From assembly GCA_965202585.1 (NCBI GenBank), contig OZ241827.1, positions 45,632,001 to 45,696,000 on the forward strand: DNA of 64,000 nucleotides. Reading direction: 5' to 3'. Position 1 is the stretch's first letter, and each line of letters opens with the position of its first letter. Below the pieces are notes generated by a model. That model saw only the letters and a list, made by a program, of their open reading frames with translations, was not told the DNA's origin and did not search any database. The translations under genes were made by a program, and so were the position numbers. Shown in pieces: positions 34,282 through 49,200 of the stretch. Origin of the DNA: Thalia democratica. Its lineage: Eukaryota.

Positions 34282-37200
34282 ATGGAAAACGATGAAACGA
34301 GAATTTTGTGCGTTAAGTCTGTGCTGGAGTCGATCATCGCAAAGGTCTGTTTAGATTCCAACGAAGAAGAAGAATCAAGCAACCGCCTTAAAATTATCAG
34401 TCAAGAATACAGTAAAAAACTCAGTCCAGAGAAAAGTCAGGAGAGTTGTTACAAAAAGCAGCAGTGTGATGAAGATGCAAGATCGATCGAGGAGTCGCAG
34501 ATGACGATCAGAAACCTGCTGAAATCTCTCGAATTTCAGGAAGAAGAGTGCGACAACGAAGAGGAGGAGCAAGCTCTCAACTTGTCGTTCAACTCCACGT
34601 TCAGCTCGATGTTCGGCAGGTCGGACAAGGCCATGCCACACAGAAGAAGGTTTTATTCGTACGACCACCTTCCGAGGCTCGGCGAAAGCTGCAGCAGACA
34701 GTGTCTTTCGAGAGACAGCAGGAAGTTTTCCACGAGAACGCTGAACGAAGAAATAACTGTTAGCTCGTTGCAGGTAAACGAAGAAGACCAAAAATGCGCA
34801 TTTAATGTTGGAACGTTCCCTCGAAAAGACAAAACTACAAACGGTTAGTTTTGAGTATCTGTAAATACGTTTGTAAGTTTGATGGAGTTAAATTATTTGT
34901 TTTAAATATGACTAAAGGAGTTTAAAAGAATTTAAAAATATTTTTTATATTGAAATTTAGTGATAAAACTAGAAAACTAGTAATGTGAAAAAGTTGTTTA
35001 GTTTTATATCTTGAAACATTAAAATTTTCAATGCCAAACAAACAAGATAAAATATACAATTTATAAAGTTCTAAGATATGTTATGAAACGTTTGATCTTA
35101 AGTTTTTAAGTTAGATATTATAAAACAAATTTCTTAACAACATTTTTTCCTAACGCTCAACTAAGTTGAAATATTTTTTTTTCGTTTCATAAACAAAGTA
35201 AATGTCATTAGTGCTTTCACCTGTAATATGTCATTAAGAATAATACAAACTAAATTATAATACACCCTAAAACGTAGTTGCTCTGCCTTAAAATCAATTA
35301 AGCTTTTACTATTGTCAGATTAAACTTGTTTCATGTGTTCAATTAAAATTAGCTTAATTTTGGTTCGATATATATAAAGCCATTTAGGCAATGATTTTTT
35401 TTTTCACAAAATTAATTGAGATTTTACTTATACTTTGTAAATTATTTTTTACTAGTCTTAAAACTAGATATTAGTTTACAAAATATTTCCTTTTTTATCT
35501 AAGGATGTATCGAAGACTAAGAAAACTATCGAAACTATGCTATTGATATTTGATTTTATTAGCTTAAAGTAGTATTCGTTGCAGACTATTTTTTATGTGT
35601 AAGATAGTATATTTTTGTTAAACTACATAAAAATTACTCAAATTTATAACAGCTGATGTAAATAAATCAAGTTCATTGACAGCAATGTCTACTTTGTTCA
35701 AGGAGTTTTCAATAAATCAATCAGAGCTTGTTACTCCACGACAAATCAAAGAAATTCCAATTGATCTACTTCATTCTGGAATTGCAATATTATCAGGTTA
35801 AAAAATTTAATAAAAAAAAGAAAAATATACAATGGCGTTTAATTTTTTTTTATAAGTCATTTTAAAACTTAAAAATCTTTGATCAGACCTGAAAAAAAAA
35901 ATTAAAACAAAATTTAAAAATACTAGTTAAATAGTTAAAAATATTGGTTATAAGTAAAGTAGTGAGATTGACTTTATAATTCCTAGAAACAATAAAAAAT
36001 GTTAAAAGTTAATTTCTAAGCTGACAATAAGCTTTAAATCATTATTAATAAATAATCTATTTAAATTTACCTATGGTATTATTGTGTTTATTTTATAACT
36101 TAGCGTCATTGAATAAACAAAAGCATTTTACAGAATATTTATAAATCGTTACTTATAACCTTTTAACTAGTCTAAACAAAAAACAAACAAACATTTAGAA
36201 AAATAAATGTTTAAAACTAACATTAAGTGTACATATTGTTTGTAAAAAAATAAGTTTTTATCAAAACAAATCTTAAATACAAGTTTTTTTTTAACATTTA
36301 AAAACTGGCATTAAAAAAAGGTATTTTTGAGTAAAAATAATTTAGTATCCTTTAATCACTTTTTAGGTGACCAATTTTTTAAAAATCGCAACAACATTTA
36401 TTAAATTGTCATAGAAAAAGGAATAATTCCTGCTGTAATGTTTTATAATTTTCTTGATACCTTAAACTGCATTGAAATCAATTTTAGTAACTCTACTGTT
36501 TATATACCTTTAAGATACTGTGTAATACAGCATCATATAAAAACTGTAAATGTTGATACAATTAAATTTGTTTGGAAATTTTCAAGGTTTAAAGTGTTTT
36601 ATTTATAATAATTAGTCTAAGTTAGTTATTTTGGTAGAACTTAGTTTAAAAATTAAATAGTTTAAATCAAAATACAACAATTTTTTTTTAGATGTATTTA
36701 CTCAAGTACATTAATTTAAAAACATTCCCTAGATATATGGGTGCTTGTAAATTTATTTATAAACTTTTTGATCTGTACTAATGAAAACTTGTAACCTATT
36801 TTTATAAAAAGTAATTGGTTGAAGATAAAAGTAAAAACATAAAATAAATGTACAAACATTTTTCCAAAAAAAAAATAAACAAAAAGTGAAAATCTAGTTA
36901 TATGATTATTTTTTAAATGCTAAAAAAAGCTTATTATAGTGTTTTTAATATGACTGCTAATATCTATTGTTCTCTACATGTATTAGAAAAAATGTATATT
37001 CTGATACCTTTTACAGTTGTCAACTACTTGAAATTTATACTAAACTTATTTACACTTATAGAAAACTGTTTTTAGACTTTTAATTAACAAGCTTTCCATA
37101 TGTTATTGAAATGACTTAAAGTATAAGTTATTTTAAAAGCGATGTGATAAACCTGTTTAAAACACACAATAGTTAGCTTGTCAAACAAATCGGTTTGTCT

Positions 37201-40200
37201 TATAAAAAATAATATGTTTTTGTTACTTGCTGCTATATAGAAGCTACTCTAATTTAAATGGAATTTCTTTGAAGTCCGTCTTACACTCATTATGAAGAAA
37301 GTCGTGAGACCTTTGCAAATATTAATGCATTGAATACTGCGCTGTTTAATATTTTTCTAGAACATAATGTCTTGTTTTTTATTAAATTGGTTAAAAAAAC
37401 GTATTAAAAGAAAATTGCTCTGTGATGATTAATTACAACTTCATTGTTTTTAAACATATATTTATACAACTATTCAAACATTTCTTGTAAAACTCGAAAA
37501 AAAAAAACTTGCAAAGCAAAGTCTAGGTCGTGCAATACACAGCGCACGCGGCTTTTCCAAACCTACTGCTGCGGTTGCACTTTTAAGCATTGTTTAAACA
37601 TTGAAAAGTTTTGAACAGGAACACTCGACAGAAGAGGCAGACAAGTCCTCGTCATACGCATTGATGAGCTGACATGGAATAAAGTGGATATTGAACGGGA
37701 CTTGCTGGCCGTTTATCTCATGTACCTTACGTGAGTGTAAAGGCTATTTGTGTATTTTTTTAAATTTTGTTTGTATTCAAAGTGTTTTATAATATTTAAA
37801 AATTTTGAATAAATGTTGTGCAACAATAAGTTTCATACAATTTGAAATTGTGTAAACAGTCGAAATGTTTACACTGCTGATTTTAGTTTCGACAAAAAAC
37901 TAATGATTCTAAAAAAATTCTGAAACAAAAAGTTAAAATAAGGATTGAAAAACCAAAAAATATATAAAACTCGTTTTGAACAATTCAAAATAGATTAAAT
38001 ATACTAAAGTTTTTCTAGCTTAATTTTTACTTATATTAAAAAATCCTTTAAATTAATTATTTTTAAGATTCAAGACCGGCGTAAATGTTATTTGTGACTA
38101 GGTGAATTACAAGTACATTTTTTGAAAGCTTTGTATTGAAATTTTGTATAAATCAAATAAAACGCTCAAAAAACTGTTTTCTTATAAATTATAGCTCAAT
38201 ATGTAAGACTTTAAACTTTTTTTTTCTTTTATAAATGAAAACGTTAAAAAAGCTAATGGTTTATTATATGATCAAAAGAGTTTTTTCGACTTGTATTGTG
38301 AATTACGTAAATTGAAAAAAAAAGTAAATAAAAGATTTGGAAAAATTAATACTTTAAAAAACTATATATATATGTATATGTATTAGTTTAAACAATCACC
38401 TTGTTTTCTTTTTATATATGTATGTATATATAATTCCAAATTGTATTTATTGTAGTTGTCGTCTAACATCTTCATACGTCGTGTTAATAGATGCAAGGAG
38501 CTCAAACATATCACAGTTTACTGACACTGCGATCGAATCATTGGGCTTGTTGCAGGTCAATTTGTTAAAAAAAATTATTTTCTTATATATTAACAAGTTC
38601 AGATATTTTACAAGTTAAAAATATTGTATACGTTTTGAAGCATTTATTATAAACTAAACGCAAATTTTAAAGGTCTAAAAGTTTGGTAATAATTTTAGAC
38701 AGCCGTATATAACTACAGTAAAAAAATGCATTAGAATGCTTTTTGAGTAACTCATTTTTCTGACATTGTTTTGTTTCTAATAGGAACGTAACTAAACAAT
38801 AGGTGTGAAAGTTGTAATTTTCACAAAATGCGAGAACTTGATGACTAAGTAAATAAATTTCAAACTTTAAGTTTACTTATAAAGTTTTCTTTAAACTGAC
38901 AATCACTTATATATTTTAAGGATAAAAACTTTTAGTTTGTAGTAAAAAGTGTTTATTATTGTTTGTTAAAGATATAAAATACATAAATAATCAAGAGTAA
39001 TGTAGTAAACGAAAAAAGCATATACAGTCTATGTTAGTGTAAACAAAACCATAACTATTTGAAAGTTATACACGCATGACATAAAAAAGGTTTTGAAAAA
39101 CTTTTTACAACTTTCTTTTATAAAACAGCTTTTAAGACTTCAAAATATACAAAAAGTTTTAACTATTTTTCTTCAAAAGTATTTAAGTTGGCAGTTTTAT
39201 AAGCTGGTATACTTAAAAATATATTTAAAGTATTTTTTCAATAATTTTTAAATTAGAATAAGTTTTAGCCAAGTAGTTTTTGTGTATGTACTGTTTTAAA
39301 ATAAAAGTATTAATACTAGTTTGTTGATTCATTTACGTTAAAACTAAAACAACAGTTTTAACATTAAGAGTATAAACATATATAATTCGTATTTAAACTT
39401 ATATAATAAATCACCATAGTGATATAAAACGTATTAAATTTCCTCTATAAAGCAAATTAAGTAAATAGTCCTAAACATTTTATTAAAAACTTCTAGGTAT
39501 TGATTTTAAACAATTTCCAAAACGTTTATTATTGTAGATTTTTTCTCGAGTTGATTTGAAAGTACTAGTTTTTGTAGTAGATATTGTTACTTAATTTTAG
39601 TGAAATTTTTTTTTTTTTTTTGGAAAACGACCTAACTTTTATTTTAGATAGTATTTAACAGTTATAAACAATTTATTTTATAATACTTTTGCTAATAATT
39701 TAAACATCGGATTTTTTTATAAAAAAACTTTAATGGTAGATAACATATAAGATAAAATAAAATTAGTTAATAAACGGTTTTAGTTATCTTGTACTATGAT
39801 AATGTTTTTAAAATATATTTTTATCGATCGTTTTATTAATACTACTTAAAAAAAAAAAGAGGATTTTATACAAAGAAAAATCTTAGTAACTAAGTAAACT
39901 AATCCTACATCTAAACAACTAGCTTCACAACACAATGACGTGCATAATACTAGAATAAGAATAATTGAGTAAACTTTGAATAAAAAAACCTTTAGTAAAG
40001 TAAATACTCATTTGTTTAATCTCACACTAACCACCCACCGAGTTACAATCAAAATATGTAGTACATTATGACATCATTTCAAAGTCCAAAGGTCAATCTA
40101 GCGACTAGCTGTGAATCTTCGCTTAAATTTACTTAGTCGATTTGATTAAAATTTTCAGTTTCTTGTAGCCGATTTCAAACAGATAAACAGCCAAAAAGTC

Positions 40201-43200
40201 CACTGATACGGGAGGTCGCTGAATGCTGCAATTACTGAGACTTGTTATTGCAGAAACAAAAACACCGGTCGGTTTCCCGAGTTTCGTACGTTTACGCTCG
40301 ACTGATTTTCAAATCTTTCACCTCTCATGAACGGCCGAGGCCGGACAACGCTCACATCCTGTAATGAGCCGGCTTGATTATGACGTCATAGCCACTGTGT
40401 TTATATCGGCCTCGTTAAAAGCTGTAAAAAAAACACAATAGTTATTCTAACCGTGCTGTGAATTCAGAGATTATTTAAACAAAGAGACAACTTAATCTTT
40501 TCGAAAAATAGTTACATTTATGGTTTATACTGAACTTTTCAGTACAACAAAAAACTACTGCATTGAAATATAAACACCTTTTTGAAAAACTATTTAGAAA
40601 GTTATCAACTATATAACTTACAATAATTAGGTCAGCTAATCTTTTAAACTATTCAAATTTATATACACTTAATAAAATATCCGTAAAATAGAATTAGTTA
40701 ATCATAATTTGTTACTTAAAAAACACATAATTAATTGCACATCAATCAAAAATAAAATATTATATACTTTGTACATGTCGCTTCTGTTAAGTATTTTATT
40801 ATAAAGCTAAAAGTAAACCCGCTGAGGTTTTGCTAAACACCGCTTTTGTTTTTGTTTTGTAATACAGCATTGTCACCACATCAACAAAGTAATTATGTCC
40901 TTGACCTTGCCTGAGGCAATTAAAATTTTCTTAAGTTTAACAAACTGCAATTTTTAATTGAAAGTTAATATCGGTTGCATTTTCAAAAAAAAAAAGGGTC
41001 TGCCGTGCTATCAGTTTCATAATTTGGATTTTTCATAGCACAAACGGGTGTTTAGAAGCATTTATTTATAAGTTACCTCAAATTTTTTATACATATTTAA
41101 TATATCATTGTAATAAAACTTTTTTTTTGATTGTAAATATTAAAAGTAAGGAACAGTTCCGATGCTATAAAAATACTTACTTCCACTGTTTAGTAGTTTA
41201 ATGGATCTAATTACTAATAACTGCACGACATTACATCGTTGCATACTGCAGCTACCCAATTTTAAGTATCTATTTCAGTACTTAAGGCGAAAAATAAATT
41301 CTGAGAAATTGTTTGAAAAATAAGAATTTTTAAATAAGCTTAAAGTATTTAAAATTGTTAAGGTAACAATTCACAACTACAATTGCTTAATTAGCGACTA
41401 TTTGAAAAACCTTAAAGCATATCTTGAAACATTGAAAAATATAATTACGTAAAACCATTCAGTTCTCGACGTCATAAAACTAACAAACGGCTGTAGCGGC
41501 AATAAAAAGGTTTAAATGTGAACTTGGCATAGACTCTTTGAAGTTGTGCTGCTCACTTCAGCCAACTTAAGAAAGCTTAGCGTTGTTCGACTCTAAATAA
41601 GTGGCCTGTATTTGAAATTATTAAATCGCGAAACGCGCTGAGAAACATGTGAGCATTTACAATCGAAACAGCGACGACAATTAGTAATGGGAGAAACTTT
41701 GAAAGCATATTTTTAAGGTGATGAGATATTTAAGATGATATTCGTGTTTAAAAAAAAGTTTAAATTTAGTGTTCAACCTCTAAGTTTATTTTAAAGTGTA
41801 TTCTATGATTTTTGACTATTTAAAGAATAATAAAGACGCAATTACTTGATTATTATTGAAAAATTGGCACCTGTTACAATATTAGCTTTTGCGCTTGTCA
41901 GTTATTATAACTATTCTGTTTGACTTGTTCTATCTGCAGTTTAATATTTAATGTTTTCAGCAAATATTGATATAGTACGGTTTATTTCAATATGTATCAA
42001 AAGTATGTATATACTTGATTTTTTTTTGTAAAACACAATAGCTGTAGAATTAAATTTATATAATAGTCTTAATTATTTGTTTAATCATATAACGTAAACA
42101 AAAATCTCAAGTAGTTGATTTAAATTAATAGTGAACGTTATAAAGTTTACAATCTTAAAGTACACAAAAAATCATTTAAATTTTGTAGTGAATTGTGAAA
42201 TTGTTAGGCATAGACGAATTACTGGAAAGAATTTTTGGTAGTTTTGTAAAATACTAACATAAAAATACAGGAATATGGTAAAGACTATGCAGCACAATTC
42301 GAAGTTCTTTTTCTTACTGAGGAGTCGCATTTACAAACTGAAAATCTTAAACCTTATATTGAAGGCAGACTTCGCACAAGCGTTAGTTTTTACATAGTGT
42401 TAAATGTGAGACTTAAAGTTTAAACGTTGTACAATTAAAAAGTATTGTTTAAAAATCTTTCTTATGTTGTTACAATTTTGCTTTGTTTTTTTTAATATAA
42501 CGTGCTTGTAAAATGTTTTTATTTGTCACCGTTAAAAAGAGTTGTATAAACTTTTGTGATGTGAATAAAGTATTAAAAGATGTTCAAATGCTTAAATTTC
42601 TAATGAAAATTAAATTATTGTCATACGGTAATTCAGCATATTTTATCGGTGACAGTTTACACTTAGTTGAAAAACAATCCCTAGATATTACGTAACCGGC
42701 TTTGAACAAAAACTTTTATTTTTGTAAATAATTTGTCAACTTTATTTAGACCTTAAAAATTTGGTAAATAATAGTGTTTGGAAATTATTTTCGATTATTC
42801 TGAGTTTAAAATGAAAATTATTTTGACAGTGTGAAGTTTTGACAAGTTTAGAAGAGTTACACTTGTTTGTTACAGTTAATGAACTTCCACAGCAACTTTC
42901 TGGTAGCAAAAAGTTTTCTCAATCTGAATGGATTCAATCAAGACTGGTATGTATATATTTAATTAAACCAAATTTTTAGTGGATGAAAAAGGTTGATTGT
43001 ATATATCCATAGTTTTTAAAAATACAATAACTTCTTTTTTTTAAAAGACTTTTATAAAATATCTGACTACAAAAACAAATTAACTTAAAGAAGGGAAAAA
43101 TGACTTTTTTAACTTTTGAAAAAATAAAATAGATAAAGTATCCACGGCTGGATAGCTGTGAATAAAAAGATAAGTTAAATGTTACTTTTATGTTCGAGTC

Positions 43201-46200
43201 ACATCATAACAACAGTTTGAGTTTTCTTTTGTTAGTTTGGTTACGGTAACGTATAATGTTTACACTGCATTGATATACGATTGGTCATCTCTGTAATAAA
43301 ACTTTAAAAAAACTTTAAACAAACATCACGTACTTCTTAACAACGTTAAATTTTTTATGTATATTTTGTTCAAAAAATTCCGTAACTATGTTTATATAGC
43401 TAGATTAAACTTAATTTTTTTTAAACTTTTTATAAAAATAAAGCTAGTCAGACTTTTACAAGAAACGAAAAAGGACAGAGTTAGAATTTTAAATTGCTCT
43501 ATTAGAGATACAAACTGCAATACCCTTGAGCTATAAAATCCTATTCGATTTCTCTAATAAGGAGAGTAAACAAATCTTGCATGCTTGATAAACAAAAATA
43601 CACCATGAAAAGCTTATCATATCTATAACAATTATTATTTAAAGCCTAATCGTTCGTTTACGCTTCAAATATCTAAGAGCATTATCTAATTGCATTATTG
43701 AAATGAATTAATTACAAGTACAATCACCAGTATACTAACAAAATTTTTTAATTGTAGGTAGTTGACTCCTACGTCGTTTTGTGTGAGAATACATGCGAGA
43801 AGTTTGATGAAAAAACAGCGTTTATTACGTCACAAAATGCACCCGAAAGCATTACTGAAACTAAAAAAATGTTGATAAAACACCGTGGTCAGATGAAAGA
43901 GATGATGTCCGGTGAACTGGAGTTGAAAAATTTGAGGAACAAGGGCATTCGTGTATTGGAACAAGTACAACAGTGTAATTGTCATGATAAAAAGTTGGTT
44001 TAGTAAAAAAAAAACTCTATAGGTTTCCTAATTTTTTTTTTGAAAGAATTAAAATGGTACTATCATTTTCAAAATAATATAATTTTTCAGTATATGTATA
44101 TACAATTTTTCAGTGTCTCACTATAAGTAAAAGTTTAGTAAATCTTGGGTATGTTATATTTATCTAGGGCATTTTAAATTTGTTTTAAAACAATAAACAA
44201 CAAACTTGTTTATTTATTATACCTTAAACAACTAATTTTCATTTTCATAAATGTATTTTTAAAATAACTAACAAATTATAAAATAAATTAAAATAAATGC
44301 TCATTGAACAAAGTATTTTAAAATTTATACTTATAAAACCTTAATATAAGCATATAAAAGTCTTTTAAAGTAAAACAAAAACATATTAACCTTCAAAGAG
44401 TTTTAAATAATAACTTTAGAAAATGTTTTGCTATTCAAATAAAGATTTAGTTTCATTAACATAAATTAATTAGTTTTAGTAAGAAATTTCTAATTTCATG
44501 CTTTTGAATGCAGTAACAAAAGGCTATAAAACTAATATTTACTCAAGGTCTTAGCTGTTAAGTGCTAATATGTCAATTCTCGTTGCTTAAGAAATAAAAG
44601 TTATAGTTTCGTGTATCAAATATAGTTTAGTAAAAGAGTTTCTTTTAGACGTAAACTTAGATATTACTTTTAAACAAGGTTTTATAATCGTAAAAATGTT
44701 GTGTTTTTTTTACCTAAAGTGTTTTATAAACTAGAAACCTTATTTTTGTTATTTTTCATTATTTACTTATGATTTAAAAGCAAAGCTGCATACATTTCTT
44801 ATACTTATATAAAAGTTTTAGAACATTTAAATACTAAATATTAAAGTTTTGTACTCAAAAGTTTCAAAAATTATGTTGATAGTCAGACTTTGAAAAATAC
44901 TTCCTAGTTGTAATTACGACTTTTCATTATTTTAAATTACGACTAAAGTTTGAAAATATACAAAAAACAAACATTAGTGAAATTGAAACTGTTTAACCTA
45001 ACACTACTCATACTAGTTTTTTGTATAAGTTTAAAAAAATTAAAAGTTCAAAAATACTCTGAATATGACCCAAAAAAAAAAAGTATACTTTTTCTAAAGT
45101 GATATAACTAAATGTCGAATGTAATATTAATTACTGTCATATCTAAATTTTTTAGTATTAACTCTTGGTGTGGAGAGTTTCAATTAGTAAATCTGTTTTT
45201 AGTTGTAAAATCGCCTAACAAAAAAATTTGAGAATTGAGTTTAACTTACTAAATTAAAAGGTATATTACTAGAGCACCTTAGGCCCGTTTAAAGCATTGT
45301 TCCATGGCTTTAAATTGCGAACTGAAGGTTTCTATTTTTGTAAACGGTTATTTTATACCTTTTAAATTGCAGGAAGTGCATTGATATCATCCATGAAAAA
45401 TCACGTGAAGCATCGAAGGCAGTCGCTCGCTACACTTCAACTTCGGACAATTGGCTTATTGAACTCGAACGACACCTTCTGGTTAAAAAATTTCAACACT
45501 CTTATGAACACGTTAGTAAAAGTTTTACTAAATATCACATTTTAATATTGAAAGGACGGATCAATTGTTTAACTTTTATTCAGGAAGTTTCTAATTTTTT
45601 TTATTTGGAGCTTTAAGTTACCAAATGGTTAACATAATTTATTTATCTTTAGAATTTTAATATTGTATAAAAGTTAACAGTCTTATGTTAAAAGTTGTTC
45701 ATCAAATAAAATGATTGACTTGAAAGTACTATATATAAAATAAATCACAGCTTAATTCTACAAAAGTTATATTTAGTTTTTCTGCATGTTATTGATTACA
45801 AAGAACTTGCACTAAAACGTATTTTGTTTTAAATGCAACAGGTTAAAAATTTTGAAAATCTGTATATTATAAAATATGCTTAAGGGAAATATTTTTAAAC
45901 TAGATTATGCTAAATTAGTTATTAGTAATTAATATTATTTTAGCTCTATAACTAACAAAAAAGTTTAGTGGATTACATTTTCTATGTATTTATAGTCAGT
46001 AGGTGAAAATTCTAATGCAATTAATATTATTAATTTCCACCTGTATAAGTTAACGTTTTTTAGTACTTTATAAACATTAATTAATTGTAAATTACTTTTT
46101 TTTGACATCGTATCATCAAAACTATATTTAGTCTTTTTAAATGTTAAAAAGCATGTGAACAAAATAAGCCTACATTAGTAAAACTAAAAAATAATAAAAT

Positions 46201-49200
46201 ATGTTTTCAGCTAGTGCAATTATATATTTAATTTAAATAAATTTAATGTACATCTATGGTATTAAGTTTTCCAATTAAACATTTTTAATTATTTGATTTT
46301 CGTTTCTAAATATGATTTTTGTATGGTTATATATAGTTCATAAATAACTTCTAACTACTAAATTTTATAATATATATATCATTATATACAATAAATATAC
46401 CTAAACTAAAAATTTTAAAGACATTATTATCTAAAATGTATTAAACAACTATTATGTGTGTTTTGTTACTATACAAAATATTAAAGATTAAGTTTAAGTT
46501 TAAAATAAACAAATTTAAACTTACTTAGAACTATTTAATGTTTTTATTAAATAGTAGGTGTAAAAAAAAAGGTTAAATATTTGATATTTTATCGATATAA
46601 TTTTTTATAAAATAAAAATTATCACATAAAAGATTTACTAGAAGCCTTAAATTTTATAAATCAACTACACTACATTTGGTCTCATAACATAATTAAAAGT
46701 TTTTATATTTTTATTAATTCGATGTAACTGAATGAATAAAAATTATTTTTTAAGAAATTAAGATTTATGTTTTATACATTACTTATAAGTATTTATTTCT
46801 AATTTCAGTATTGTACAGTATTGTTTTTCTTTTTTTTACTTATGTCTTGTTAAAACCCACACATTTACACAAAAGTTTAATCTAGTTCTTATTACAAAAG
46901 TTCAACTGAATTTCTTCGTAGACTACAAAAACTAATTTGCTTAACCGCAACGTAGTTAATTCAATGTTTCGAAATAAAACAAAAACATGCTAACGATAAA
47001 ACCTTGGTGTAATAACCTACACTTTCACTACCTATTAAAATAGTTTAAGTAACTATAAAAACTAACCTTGTTTAAAATATTGAGCGTTACCACTAAAAAA
47101 GCATATAATTGCTAAAAGTTATAGCTTAAAAGTTTACTTATTTTAGATATATTCTTATCTTAATAAATAAGTTCAAATTAGGCTTTTTTTTTTCTTTTTA
47201 AATAACTTTAAAAAGTTTCAAGTTGAACCATTTGTAAAATTATTTTCGTACATTTTTGTTTTGTTTATAATTTTTTTAATTTTGGGCTTGATTAACTTTC
47301 TTTAATGTTTAATCAATGTCTTATTGTAGTTTATTATTTGATTTTGTTATTTTTTTTTAACGTAAATTTTCACCTATTAACAATTATATAGTACTTAAAA
47401 AGATTAAAAAAACTTTGAAACTTAACTTGCTTTATACTTAAATTTCTGTGTAATTACGACTTTAAAACGATAAAAACTTTATGAATAAAATATATTTAAT
47501 TGTGATTAACATAACATAAATTGTATAAATAGCATTCAGTTTTAAAAATAAAGAGTAACATGCTCAGGCGTGTTTTCTTACTTTAAATAAGAAAAATTAG
47601 ATAAAATTGTAAAAGTTACAATCAATGTCCTTTCATTAAAAAAATGTTGGTTACCTATTTCGAGGTATTAAGGTTTTACAGTTTTATTATATATCTATTT
47701 TTACAAGTTTACTGTAATGAGATAAAATATATCAACAGACACAAAAAAAGCAACTAAAAATACACCTTAGTAATTAATCAAAATAACTATATAAGTTAGT
47801 TAAGATACTAAATATTTTAACTTTATATTCTAACAGTAGGTTGTTTAACTTTTCTGAAGATAAACATGTTAAGGCCTTAGTAGATATAATTACAAAAAAG
47901 AAGTATTAGCTATTTAAATGATTTTTTACTAAAAGTGCGTAACAAAACTGAAACATAGTAGCAACTGCTTCTTTTTAGACTAGGGGTCGCAAACTGCGGC
48001 TTACAAAGCAAAAATCTACGGTCTACGGTGCACTTTTAGATATAGACGTACTTTAAAAAAAATATTTATAAAAAATATGGTGAAAGTCACAACTAAGCTC
48101 TAAATTGGAGGTTTTCTTTTTTTTTTATTATGTCTTGTTTTATTACTTTTTTGCTTTAGAATAGTATTGTTTATTTATTACTAAACTTGTTTAAAATAAC
48201 TATGGCCCGCTGAAGACCTTTTTCTATAAAATGTGGCTCACGAGCTACTTCTATTACAAAAATGTTTTCGTTACTTGTAAAAGACTGCTTAAACCTGATC
48301 TAAACTAACCTATTATCTTAGAACCTAATTAGCATACTGAGTAAGAACTACCTTTATATACAAAGTAGTCTGCTGCTATCCTAAAACATGTGAAGATTAT
48401 AGCCTGTGCTACCTATACTAATTTAGTACTAGTTTTCCACTTTAATTTATTATTATTATTATCAAGTTTATTGTCCAACAAAGGACCTAGGCATTAAAAC
48501 CTAGGCCACTTAAACTGAAAGACACTAAAAAGAAAAAAACAAATTACAGTGATTAAATAAACATAAACATAAAACTTATACAAAGTACAAACTGAATAAA
48601 TTAAAACTTTCACAATTCAACGATTCCAAAGTCACCAATCTCCAATTATACGTTCCAAAGCAACAAATACCTGTGACAAGCATTTCTGTCAAATCTTCAG
48701 AACCTGTCTTCATCACGCAGAACACTGATCTGAGCTACTATTTGCCACTCGTTATGACGGCAAATTCAGTCAAAAATCACTTCAAAAAAGTGGAAGCAAC
48801 AGTTCACAAATCTAGCTTAGGAATCAACTGAGTATCCAACAATTTCAAAATCTAAAGCCCAAAGCACATTAACAACAGCCCTTCCGAAAAAATCAAAGTT
48901 GAAAAGTACCTAAAATCTATAAGGGGAAGGTGTAGCTTACAGATTAAACTACCAATAAACTACATACCACACACCAAATCAATGGCTAAAGAGATGAACA
49001 AAATTAATCACTTATAAATTTTACTAGTAAATATTTTATTTAAATCAAATCTTTTTAAGTTTAATCGAAAATCTTTAAGATTTTTGCACGATACTAGTTC
49101 ATTTGGAAGTTTGTTCCACATTTTTACCGAACGATAGAAAAAAGATTCGTGCCAACCAACATAGTTGAAATGATATTTGCATGTATATTTTCTATTATTA

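Noticed and set aside
34375-34791. Antisense 138-aa and alternate-frame 71-aa ORFs in RhoGEF exon 1
   Set aside because: Explained by local GC richness; no recognisable motifs.
36345-36367. GTATCCTTT, a U12-type donor motif
   Set aside because: Lies mid-intron with no adjoining in-frame exon; flanking exons already join by GT-AG in frame.
41961-42238. Two possible micro-exons (ANIDIVRFISICIK and IDELLERIF) and an upstream ATG near 41687
   Set aside because: Their phases do not join to the exon at 42271, and the ATG frame stops after 9 codons.
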